In this document: in pieces, positions 11,230 to 20,266 of the stretch
How the letters are laid out: each line of letters starts with the position of its first letter
How positions within the stretch are numbered: the stretch's first letter is position 1
Assembly: GCA_964291675.2 (NCBI GenBank)
Contig: OZ219865.1
Span: forward strand, 192,001 to 256,000
Reading direction: 5' to 3'
DNA from: Alphaproteobacteria bacterium
GTDB taxonomy: Bacteria; Pseudomonadota; Alphaproteobacteria; MPNO01
Length of the DNA: 64,000 nucleotides
The notes under the pieces: model-generated
Seen by the model: the letters and a program-made list of their open reading frames with translations, nothing else
What the model was told of the DNA's origin: nothing
Database searches by the model: none
Program-made: the position numbers and the translations under genes

Positions 11230-11410
11230 CGGTATTTTCTCCTTTCGAGACAAGCGATCTCGCAAGCTGGCAGCCGGTCCGGTCCTCGCGACCGGCACTC
11301 TCGGACGCCCGATCTGCGTACACAGAGCGAGCTGCGGCGCTCGCCGCCGGGAGAGCCGGTAATTCATGCGCTGTTGGTCTCTATCCCGCTGAAATTGCGC
11401 GACTATTTCG

Positions 11411-11456
11411 CAAAAGTAACCGACTGGTTACCTTCCCGGCCGAAACGTTACTTTTG
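11411..11456. promoter_or_regulatory. 46-bp inverted-repeat site between the divergent XRE and recombinase genes (operator or att site)
   Basis: caaaagtaac (11411-11420) / gttacttttg (11447-11456) perfect IR; nested gtaacc-gact-ggttac (11416-11431). Confidence 0.6.
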
Positions 11457-11567
11457 GGTGGTGGACGGTCGCGGCGTCCTCCACAAATCTTCCCCGAGGT
11501 CGCTTCGCTTCGCGAACCGCCGCCGCTTCGGCGCAGCGGCGGCGTACACACAAGGGGGAAGAATTCA

Positions 11568-12125
11568 GTGGCCTGCGATCCCGACCCGAACACCGTCCCG
11601 CCTCCGGGAGGACCGTCCCGGAAGCGCCCCGTCGCGGGCTATCTCCGCTCCGCGACCGAGCTCGAAGGAGAGACCCTCCGCGAGCAGCTCGAAGCCATCG
11701 TCCGGTACGCGCGCGCCCATGGCATGCAGCTCATTCGGGTCTATTGCGACGAGTGCGGGAGCGGCCTGCGGATCGACGGCCGCTCCGGCCTCGGGCAGAT
11801 GCTTCGCGATATCGAGAGTGGGGACGGCGACTTCGACGCCATTCTGTTGTCCGATCCCAGCCGCTGGGGCCGCTTCCATATCGCGGACGAAAGCGCCTGC
11901 CTTGAATACGCCTGCCGCGCGACAGGCATCGCGGTCCACTATTGCGCCGAGGGATCGGGCGACGACGGAACGCCGTTTTCGGGCATCGCAAAATCTCTGA
12001 AACGCCGCATGGCCGAAGAGCACGGGCGTGAAACGCTTGCCCGCGGGCACCACGCCGCCCAGACCGGGGACGGAGATGCCGCGGCGCCCGCGGGCGGAAC
12101 GGCACCGAAGGCGAAGATCCGGTGA
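11568..12125 (+). CDS. Resolvase-domain-only serine recombinase paralog lacking the catalytic Ser
   Basis: GYLRSAT versus YLRMST in the next gene; DPSRWGRF retained; GTG start after aagggggaag; GTGA overlap with the LSR. Confidence 0.8.
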   Translation: MACDPDPNTVPPPGGPSRKRPVAGYLRSATELEGETLREQLEAIVRYARAHGMQLIRVYCDECGSGLRIDGRSGLGQMLRDIESGDGDFDAILLSDPSRWGRFHIADESACLEYACRATGIAVHYCAEGSGDDGTPFSGIAKSLKRRMAEEHGRETLARGHHAAQTGDGDAAAPAGGTAPKAKIR

Positions 12126-13699
12126 CCGGCGACCCCGATCCCAAGGGCGACTCGAATCCCGAACCGGCGAGGCCCCTTCGCCGCGCCGTCGCCTACCTCC
12201 GGATGTCTACCGAGCTCCAGGAATATTCGACTGAGAACCAGCTCGCGGCCATCGAGAAATACGCCGCCGAGAACGAGATGGAGCTCGTTGCCACCTATTC
12301 GGACGAGGCGAGAAGCGGCCTGCGATACGAGAACCGGCCCGGCATGCAGCAAATGCTGGCGGATGCGCAAAGCGCGGATGCCGGTTTCGATACGATCCTC
12401 GTTTACGACATAAGCCGATGGGGCCGGTTTCAGGATCAGGACGAGGGCGCCGCCCTCGAATTCGCCTGTAGAAAGGCCAGGGTTCAGGTCCACTACTGCA
12501 TGGATCAATTCGTCAACGACGGCAGCCCGATGTCGACGGTGATGAAGAGCCTCGGGCGATATGCGGCCGCCGATTACAGCAGCAAACTCTCGGCAAAGGT
12601 GTTCGCCGGCCAGTGCCGGCTCACCGAGCGCGGCTACCGCCAGGGCGGCATGGCGGGCTACGGGCTGCGCCGGATGCGCATAGACCAGAAAGGAGAGCCG
12701 CAGGGCATTCTCGACTGGGGCCAGCGCAAGAGCCTGCAGACCGACCGGGTGATCCTCGTGCCCGGACCGGAAGAGGAAGTCGAGACCGTCCGGTGGATGT
12801 ACCGCGAGTTCATCGACGGAGGCAGGCTGGAAGGCGAGATCGCCGCGGCTCTCAACGAGAAGGGGATCGCGACGGATCTCGGCCGGCCCTGGACGCGCGG
12901 CACCGTCCACCAGGTTCTGACCAACGAGAAATACATCGGCAACAACGTCTTCAACCGGCATTCCTACAAGCTGAAGAAGACGCACAAGGACAACCCGCCC
13001 GAGGAATGGGTCCGGTTGGACGGCGCCTTCGAAGCGATCGTGGATCCGCGACTGTTCTTCACCGCCGAGGGCATGATCCGTCAGCGCAACCGCCGGTTCT
13101 CCGACGACGAGATGATCGACCGGCTGGAAAAGCTCCTGAAGAAAAAGGGCTTCCTCTCCGGTTTCATCATCGACGAGGCCGACGACATGCCGTCGAGCGG
13201 CTGTTACGCCTCGCGCTTCGGCAGCCTGACGCGCGCCTATTCGCTGGTCGGCTTCACCCCCGACCGGGACTGCCGCTACATCGAGATCAACCGGACGCTC
13301 CGCCAAATTCACGCGCGGGAGGTCGCCAGGGCGATCGCCGAAATCGAAAAGCTCGGCGGCGCCGTTTCCCAAGACGCGGCGACGGACCTCCTGACCGTGA
13401 ACGATGAGTTCACCGCTTCCATCGTCATCGCCCGCTGCCGGCACACCAAGGCCGGTTCCCGGCGCTGGAAGGTCCGCCTCGACACCGGGCTCGCCCCCGA
13501 CCTGACGGTCGCCCTCCGGATGGACGACGCCAATCAAGCCATCCTCGACTACTACCTCCTGCCGCTTTCCATTCTCGACACGAACCGCCTCGGGCTCGCC
13601 GAAGAAAACGGCCTGATGCTGGACGCCTTCCAGTTCGACACCCTGGACCGTTTCTTCGCCATGGCAGAGCGGGCCCAGATTTCGGAGATCTCACAATGA
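12122..13699 (+). CDS. Large serine recombinase (resolvase + recombinase domains)
   Basis: AYLRMSTELQ, YDISRWGRFQ, GGMAGYGL, VLTNEKYIG, FEAIVD motifs; 525 aa. Confidence 0.93.
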   Translation: MTGDPDPKGDSNPEPARPLRRAVAYLRMSTELQEYSTENQLAAIEKYAAENEMELVATYSDEARSGLRYENRPGMQQMLADAQSADAGFDTILVYDISRWGRFQDQDEGAALEFACRKARVQVHYCMDQFVNDGSPMSTVMKSLGRYAAADYSSKLSAKVFAGQCRLTERGYRQGGMAGYGLRRMRIDQKGEPQGILDWGQRKSLQTDRVILVPGPEEEVETVRWMYREFIDGGRLEGEIAAALNEKGIATDLGRPWTRGTVHQVLTNEKYIGNNVFNRHSYKLKKTHKDNPPEEWVRLDGAFEAIVDPRLFFTAEGMIRQRNRRFSDDEMIDRLEKLLKKKGFLSGFIIDEADDMPSSGCYASRFGSLTRAYSLVGFTPDRDCRYIEINRTLRQIHAREVARAIAEIEKLGGAVSQDAATDLLTVNDEFTASIVIARCRHTKAGSRRWKVRLDTGLAPDLTVALRMDDANQAILDYYLLPLSILDTNRLGLAEENGLMLDAFQFDTLDRFFAMAERAQISEISQ

Positions 13700-14586
13700 C
13701 CGACACCATTACGATCGAGAGGATCCCGATCGAGCGCATCGTCGTACTCAATCCCCGGGTCCGGGACGCGAAGAAATTCGCCGAGATCGTCGACAGCATC
13801 GGGAAGGTCGGCCTCAAGCAGCCCATCAAGGTGAGCCGCACTCGGGGCGCCGACGGCGAAGTCGCCTACAACCTGGTCTGCGGACAGGGCCGCATGGAGG
13901 CTTTTCAGGCGCTCGAACAGACGGAGATTCCGGCCATCGTTACCGACCTGTCCGAACAGGACAGCCTGGTCTCGGGCCTTGTCGAGAATGTCGCCCGGAG
14001 CAAGCCTCTTCCGGGCGACCTGTTCCGGGCGATCGGCGATCTTGTCGGACGCGGCTACTCCGACGCGAAGATCGGCGCCAAGATCGGCTATTCGGCTACC
14101 CATGTCGGGAGAATCCGCCGCCTCCTGAAAGCCGGCGAGGAACGGCTGCTGATTGCGGTGGAAACCGGAAAGATGCCGCTGCATGTCGCCGTCGCCATCG
14201 CGAAGGCAGAAGACGGCGGGGCGCAGGAGGTCCTCGACAAAGCATATAAGGGCGGCGAATTGACACTTAGCCAAATGCCGCGCGCAAAGAGTGCGATCGA
14301 GCACCGCGAACGATACGGCAAAGCGCTAAAGCGTGACACTACCGGCGATCGGAAACCGGCCTCGAAGGCGTACGATGCGCTCACCCGGAGACTGAAGGAG
14401 GCGGTCAAGAACCACGGTGCGCTGATCGAGAGCGCCGATACCGCCTCGGAACATCTGAAGATTCTCATGCAGGGCCTTCGCACGCTTCTGTCCGAACACC
14501 ATTTCCGGACCCTCCTGCGTGCCGAGCAGGTGCAGACGATGCCGGCTCCTCTGGCGCGCCTCGTCGAAGCCCGGGAGGAGACCTGA
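13696..14586 (+). CDS. ParB/RepB-like protein 1
   Basis: NPRVRD...SIGKVGLKQPIKV...LVCGQGRMEAF...LVENVAR followed by an HTH. Confidence 0.85.
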   Translation: MTDTITIERIPIERIVVLNPRVRDAKKFAEIVDSIGKVGLKQPIKVSRTRGADGEVAYNLVCGQGRMEAFQALEQTEIPAIVTDLSEQDSLVSGLVENVARSKPLPGDLFRAIGDLVGRGYSDAKIGAKIGYSATHVGRIRRLLKAGEERLLIAVETGKMPLHVAVAIAKAEDGGAQEVLDKAYKGGELTLSQMPRAKSAIEHRERYGKALKRDTTGDRKPASKAYDALTRRLKEAVKNHGALIESADTASEHLKILMQGLRTLLSEHHFRTLLRAEQVQTMPAPLARLVEAREET

Positions 14587-14587
14587 C

Positions 14588-15484
14588 ATGGCCGGCAAGG
14601 TGACTATCGGGTTCGAGCCGGAGAGCGTGACGATTCCCATAACCGACATTCTGCCGCTGAGGCTGGTCGACGATACCGCCCGCAAGCGCCACAAATTTCG
14701 TCAGATCGCCGCGTCCATCCGCGAAATCGGCATCGTGCAACCGCCCATCGTGGCACGCCGGTCCGACGGAAAGCACAAATACCTGCTTCTCGACGGCCAT
14801 CTCAGAATGGAGATTCTGAAGGACCTCGGTATCGACGAAATCGCCTGTCTGGTCTCTCTCGACGACGAGGCTGTCACTTTCAATCGCCAGGTGAACCGCC
14901 TCTCGCCGCTCCAGGAGCACAAGATGATTCTGAAGGTCATCGAGCGCGGCGTTCCCGAGGAGCGCATCGCGCAGGCGCTGAACGTCAATGTCGCGACCAT
15001 CCGCGCCAAACGGGACCTTCTCAATGGCATCTGTCCCGAGGTTGCTGCACTCCTCAAGGACAAGCACTGCCCCATCAACTCTTTCCAGGCGCTCAAGAAG
15101 GTGGAGCCCCTGCGGCAGTACGAGATCGCGAAGACGATGGTCGCGGTCAACGACTACTCGGTTGCCTACGCGAGGGCTCTCGTCTCGGCGAGCTTGCCGG
15201 ACCAACTGGTGAACCCCGGCAAGGCCAGGAAGCACAGAAAGGTCTCTCCGGAGGAAATCGATCAGATCGAACGGGAGCTGGCCAACCTCCAGGGTGACGT
15301 CGAACGGATCGAAGAGACCTTCGCAGCCGACCATCTGAATCTGGTGCTGGCCACGTCGTATGTCCGTTCGTTGCTCCGCAACGCCCAGATAACGGAATAC
15401 ATGGAGACGTATCACCGGAACCTTCTCGAGGAATTCCGGACGATCTGCGAGGCGACGGCGCCGATGGCGGAAGCCGCCGAATAG
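14588..15484 (+). CDS. ParB/RepB-like protein 2
   Basis: SIREIGIVQPPIV...LLLDGHLRME...NRLSPLQEHKMI; RepB-type helical C-terminus. Confidence 0.85.
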   Translation: MAGKVTIGFEPESVTIPITDILPLRLVDDTARKRHKFRQIAASIREIGIVQPPIVARRSDGKHKYLLLDGHLRMEILKDLGIDEIACLVSLDDEAVTFNRQVNRLSPLQEHKMILKVIERGVPEERIAQALNVNVATIRAKRDLLNGICPEVAALLKDKHCPINSFQALKKVEPLRQYEIAKTMVAVNDYSVAYARALVSASLPDQLVNPGKARKHRKVSPEEIDQIERELANLQGDVERIEETFAADHLNLVLATSYVRSLLRNAQITEYMETYHRNLLEEFRTICEATAPMAEAAE

Positions 15485-15488
15485 CACG

Positions 15489-15511
15489 GGTTCGGCGCCG
15501 GGCGCCGAACC
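15489..15511. terminator. GC-rich hairpin just after the recombinase operon
   Basis: ggttcggcgcc-g-ggcgccgaacc perfect IR; no U-tract. Confidence 0.4.
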
Positions 15512-16135
15512 GACGGTCGATCCGCCACGGCGGGGCAGGGCGATGGATCGGCCAGAATGGGGACCCGGACCCGACAAGCGCGGGGACCGCGGGAGACGCC
15601 GCACTGTGGGGCGGATCGAGCGCGGCGGTGGGGATGGCGGCGAACCCGTTCGGAGCCCACCAGGCCGGCCGTCATAGGGCCGGCCGAGAGGGCGGTCGAT
15701 CCGCGGCCGCCCTCGCCCCCGGAATCGAACACGGTCGGGAATGTCGTCCTGGCGCTGCCCGAGAGTTCGGACTGCCGCCGAAGGCAGGCAACTGGCAGCC
15801 GTTCGCCATCACCGTCCCTCCATCGGCATCTCGAAGCGGGTAGCCACGGCCGCATGGCCCAGCCCCGACTCGGCCGCCGGCACGCTTCCGGTACACCGCG
15901 CTTCCGTGCGCGACCCGCGACCTCCGACGACACGCGATGGCCCGGCCGCCGTTTGCCCCCAATATCCGACGGCCCCCTGCCCGAAGTCTCGCCCGGTCGC
16001 TTTCCACACACGCAACCGGCTTCGTCCCCCTGCCGCAGCATGAAGGAGAGAGGAGCGGGCCGGCGTCGGGGCGCGGTGAATCGGGCTCGGAGGATGTCCG
16101 GGCCGCGCCGCCTCCCCGCCATTCGGAGCATGCCC

Positions 16136-17161
16136 ATGACTTTGCCCGAGACCATCTCCGCCGACTACACGCTGCGCCCGAGCGAGCTCGCCGAGGTTCT
16201 CGCCACCCTGGTCGAGGCCCGCCAGCCGACCATGCTGTGGGGCGGGCCCGGAACCGGCAAGAGCCAGGTCTCCAACCAGACGGCCGACCGCCTCGCATAC
16301 ACCTATCTCGACATCCGCGGCCCGCTCCTCGATCCCGTGGACCTGCGCGGTATCCCCTGGCGCGACGAGTTCGGCCGCACCCGCTGGGCGCCGCCCGCCT
16401 TCCTTCCCCCGACCGACAGCACCGAGCAATACCTCATCAACCTGGAGGAGCTTCCTTCTTCCGTGCCCATGGTGCAGGTCGCCCTGTTCCAGCTCTGCCT
16501 GGAACGCCGGATCGGCGAGTACGAACTGCCTCCGGGCGCAGCGATCATCGCCTGCGGCAACCGCGAGCAGGACCGCTCGATCGTGCACCGCATGCCCGCC
16601 CCGCTCGCCAATCGCTTCGTCCATCTGGAGATCCGGGTCGACGCGAGGGACTGGCTTGCCTGGGGAGCCGCGAACGGGATCGCGCCGGAAGTGCTGTTCT
16701 TCATCGAGCTGGAACCGGACCTGCTTCACGGCTTCAATCCCCAGTCGAAGGAGCACGCCTTCCCGAGCCCCCGGAGCTGGGAGTTCGCTTCCAACATCGT
16801 CAAGAACCGCAACGGCCTCGATGCCGGTGTCGAAAGGGCGCTGTTCCGGGGCACGGTGGGCGAGGCCGCGGCGGTCGAGTTCACCTCGTTCCTGAAGGTG
16901 TGGCGCGAGCTGCCCCACCCGAGGGCCGTCCTCGACGATCCCGGCAACGCCGACATTCCGGAGAACGCCAGCACCCTGATGGCGCTCTGCGGCTCCCTCT
17001 ACCGGATGGCCTCCGACGTCAATCTGGACGCCATTGTCACCTACGCGACACGGCTTCGACGCGAAGTCGGCGAGTCGCTCGTCGGCGCCTGCGTGCGCCG
17101 CGAGCCCGCGCTCCAGCGCTCGCCCGCCTTCATCCGCTGGGCGGCGGCAAAGACGCAGTGA
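16136..17161 (+). CDS. MoxR-like AAA+ ATPase
   Basis: Walker A LWGGPGTGKS, DPVDLRGIP, Walker B YLINLEEL, ACGNR, PLANRF, FPSPRSW. Confidence 0.9.
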   Translation: MTLPETISADYTLRPSELAEVLATLVEARQPTMLWGGPGTGKSQVSNQTADRLAYTYLDIRGPLLDPVDLRGIPWRDEFGRTRWAPPAFLPPTDSTEQYLINLEELPSSVPMVQVALFQLCLERRIGEYELPPGAAIIACGNREQDRSIVHRMPAPLANRFVHLEIRVDARDWLAWGAANGIAPEVLFFIELEPDLLHGFNPQSKEHAFPSPRSWEFASNIVKNRNGLDAGVERALFRGTVGEAAAVEFTSFLKVWRELPHPRAVLDDPGNADIPENASTLMALCGSLYRMASDVNLDAIVTYATRLRREVGESLVGACVRREPALQRSPAFIRWAAAKTQ

Positions 17162-17225
17162 CGGAGGACGCCGCCGCCCTTGGCGTCCCCCCGCGAACGC
17201 TCCGCCAACCCGAGAGGAGGAACCG

Positions 17226-18125
17226 ATGGACCTCAACCGCGACGCAATGCTGGTCGGGCTGCACATCGCCGCCTGGTCCGGCCGGCTCTACGACCGCCAG
17301 GCGAGCGACCATGTCGCCGTCGCCCACGAAGCCTCGACCGCCGCCGGGCGCTACAACAAGCGCCTGCTGCCCAAGGCCGCCTTCGCCGCCCTCACCGCGA
17401 CCATGAGCGAGGCGAGGGCCAAGCACTATGCCAACTCGCTTCCCTGGGACGACAAGGGCGCGCGGCTGCTCACCGTGGCCAACTACGAGCACTACACGGA
17501 GCTCATGGACGGGTTCCGGGAGCGCGTGGTGCGCCAGCGCGCCCGCTTCATCGAGGATTACGACGACTACATCGACCAGGCCCGGCTCGACCTCGGCAAG
17601 CTCTTCCGCATCGAGGACTATCCCTCCAAGGAAGACCTCCAGGGCAAGTTCGCCATCCGCTACCGCATCACCCCGGTGCCGGACGCGGACCATTTCATCG
17701 CCCAGCTCGCCTCCGACGACACCGAGCGGGTGAAGCGCGACATCGAGAGCCACATCGAGGAGCAGCTCCACGGTGCGGTGGGCGACCTCTACCGCCGCTT
17801 CGGCGAGGCGATCGAACGGGTCTCGGAGCGGCTGCGGGAGGACGACGAGGGCAAGCCGCTGGTGTTCCGCGACACGATGATCTCGAACATCCGCGACCTA
17901 GTGGACGTGGTGCCGCGTCTCAACATATTCGGCGACGAGACCCTGGCGCAGCTCTGCGCGCAGGTGAAGGAGAAGATCGCGAGCGTCGAGCCGAACGCGC
18001 TTAGGCCATCGAAGACCTTCGACCCGGCGGCCCGGGCCCAGGTCAAGCGCGACGCCGACGCGCTCGCGGAGAAGTTCGCGGGGTATTTCGGGGCGCGGAC
18101 CGAGCCGGTGCGGGAGGCCGCCTGA
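17226..18125 (+). CDS. Hypothetical helical protein (DUF3150-like, phage/ICE type)
   Basis: RBS gaggagg; WSGRLYDR...GRYNKRLLP...SLPWDDKGARLL; lies between the AAA and VWA genes. Confidence 0.65.
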   Translation: MDLNRDAMLVGLHIAAWSGRLYDRQASDHVAVAHEASTAAGRYNKRLLPKAAFAALTATMSEARAKHYANSLPWDDKGARLLTVANYEHYTELMDGFRERVVRQRARFIEDYDDYIDQARLDLGKLFRIEDYPSKEDLQGKFAIRYRITPVPDADHFIAQLASDDTERVKRDIESHIEEQLHGAVGDLYRRFGEAIERVSERLREDDEGKPLVFRDTMISNIRDLVDVVPRLNIFGDETLAQLCAQVKEKIASVEPNALRPSKTFDPAARAQVKRDADALAEKFAGYFGARTEPVREAA

Positions 18126-19537
18126 TGGCCGCCCGCGTGCTCGGCGAGTCCGCGCTCCGCGTCAGCGACTGCGTGACGGAGCTTCTGCGCAAGCAGCCCT
18201 TCTTCGGCAGCCTGGTGCTGAGGCTCCCGCTGCGCCCCGATCCCACCCGCAAGACGCTGGCGACGGACGGGAACGAGATCCGCTATTCGCCGCAGTGGGT
18301 GGCGGAGACGGAGGCGCACCTGATCGAGACCGCGATGGCGCGGGTGGTGATGGCGTGCGCCTTGAAACACCACACCCGCCGAGGCGAGCGCGATCCCGAG
18401 CGCTGGCAGATGGCCTCGCAGCTCGTCACCCATGCGCTCATCCGCGACGCCGGGTTCACGCTGCCGCCCGACGCCGAAGCCTGGGACGACCTCAGCGTCG
18501 AGCAGGCCTACGACCGCCTGCCGACGCCCGAGAACGACGATTCCGGCGACGATGGCGACGCCCCGTCCGGTGCTGACGATGCGGGTGCCTCCGCCGCCGC
18601 GGCCCAATCCTCACCAGACGGCGATAACGATGGCGCCGGCGACCCGTCCGATTCTGGCAATGGCGAGGAACCCCGGGACGAGCACGGGGACGATGACGAC
18701 CCGGACGAAGGGAACGGGGACGGCCAGAACGAGGCCAGCCAGGACCAGGGCGAGGATGCCGGATCCGATGCGCCGCCGAGCCACGATCCGTCCGGCACCG
18801 GCGAGGTCATGGACGCGAACGCGCGCGCGGGCGACGACGGCGATTCCGGCGAGGTCCCGCTGGACGTGGCCGCCGAGGAGCAGGCCTGGGACGAGGCCAT
18901 GCACCAGGCCCTCAACATCGCCCGCGCCGAAGGCAAGGTGCCGGGTCGGGTCGAGGAAACGGTGAAGGGCGCCCATGCCAGCACGCTCGACTGGCAGACG
19001 CTGCTGCGCCGCTACATGACCGACACGGCGAAGAGCGACTATTCCTGGAGCGTGCCCAACCGGCGCTTCATCGACTCCGGCCTCTACCTGCCGTCCATCC
19101 GTTCCGAGAGCATCGCGATAATCGCCTTCATCATCGACGTCTCGAGGTCGCTCCCGACCCCGACCCTCGCCGAGTTCTGGGGGGTGCTGCGCCAGGTCGC
19201 GACGGAAATCAGGCCCGAGCGCGTCATCGTCCTCCAGGTCGACACGATCCTGCAGGACGTGGCCGAATACGCCGCCGACGAGCTTCCCGAGGAGATCGTC
19301 GTCAAGGGCCGGGGCGGCACCGACTACCGCCCGGGCTTCGCATGGCTCGACGAGCAGGGCATCCGGCCCGGGGTGTGCCTGTATTTCACGGACATGGAGT
19401 GCTCCGACTACCCGGAGACCGAACCGACCTTCCCGGTGTTGTTCTGCGATTACGGCGACAAGGCAAGCCCCTGGCGGCACCCCGCGCCCTGGGGCGAGCG
19501 CATCGACATCGCCCCGGTCCGGGGAGCCCGGCCATGA
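18125..19537 (+). CDS. DUF2201-like protein: metallopeptidase-like domain, acidic linker, VWA domain
   Basis: PFFGSL...TLATDG; MIDAS IIDVSRS; GRGGTDYRP; YFTDME; the HExxH position reads ARVVMA. Confidence 0.85.
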   Translation: MAARVLGESALRVSDCVTELLRKQPFFGSLVLRLPLRPDPTRKTLATDGNEIRYSPQWVAETEAHLIETAMARVVMACALKHHTRRGERDPERWQMASQLVTHALIRDAGFTLPPDAEAWDDLSVEQAYDRLPTPENDDSGDDGDAPSGADDAGASAAAAQSSPDGDNDGAGDPSDSGNGEEPRDEHGDDDDPDEGNGDGQNEASQDQGEDAGSDAPPSHDPSGTGEVMDANARAGDDGDSGEVPLDVAAEEQAWDEAMHQALNIARAEGKVPGRVEETVKGAHASTLDWQTLLRRYMTDTAKSDYSWSVPNRRFIDSGLYLPSIRSESIAIIAFIIDVSRSLPTPTLAEFWGVLRQVATEIRPERVIVLQVDTILQDVAEYAADELPEEIVVKGRGGTDYRPGFAWLDEQGIRPGVCLYFTDMECSDYPETEPTFPVLFCDYGDKASPWRHPAPWGERIDIAPVRGARP

Positions 19538-19824
19538 CGCGCGATCCACGGCGCCCCGGCGGAGGCGCTCCGGCGGGCGCTCGAAGCCCTCGCCCAACTG
19601 TCTTTCTGGATCTCGTGGACCGCCGACCCCGATCCCGGCCTTCGCCCCCGCCCGCATGTCAGCGTTCGCAACATGCGCGACACGGCGACGGAACTCCGCA
19701 AGGCCGCGCGCCTGCTCGACGAAGCCGCCGAACGAGCCGATGAGGAGGCGCGGCGCGACCGCGATTCACCGGCCCCGCCGCCCCTCCGCCGTTAGCGGCG
19801 CCCTCATCCGCTTCGGCGAGCGCA

Positions 19825-20087
19825 TGTTCGCCGGCGACGGGGCGGTGGCGTTCGGCAGGCCGCCGTATACGCCGGTCATGGTGAGCGGGATCGTCGCCTG
19901 GTGGCGCGCGGTCGCGGACCGGCTCGACGCGGCGATCCCGGTCCATGCCGGGCGGGCGGACGCGCTGGCCGCGCTCAAGCCTCACGATCGCGCGATGCGG
20001 GACACCGTCGAGGTCGAGCCTTGCCCGGGCGGCTATCGGCTTGTCCAACGGCCCCGTCCCGTAAGCCTGGTGTTATTTCAGCCCTGA
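19825..20087 (+). CDS. Hypothetical protein
   Basis: GC3-rich frame MFAGDGAVAFG...; start uncertain. Confidence 0.35.
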
Positions 20088-20266
20088 TCCCGTTGGTCCC
20101 GGACACGGCCCCGCACCGCCCTCCCGCCGCGGCATCCCGGCCCTGCCCGCAACGCCGCCGGGAGGCGGAGCGTGGGGCGGGGCCCGGGGCGGCGCGGACG
20201 GAGTTCCGGGAGGCGTTTCCCGAGCCCGCTTCCGTGCATTTCCACACACCACCGAGGGAGGTTCGC

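Noticed and set aside
18530-18860. gac/ggc-rich low-complexity DNA
   Set aside because: Encodes the acidic linker of the VWA protein; not a DNA repeat array
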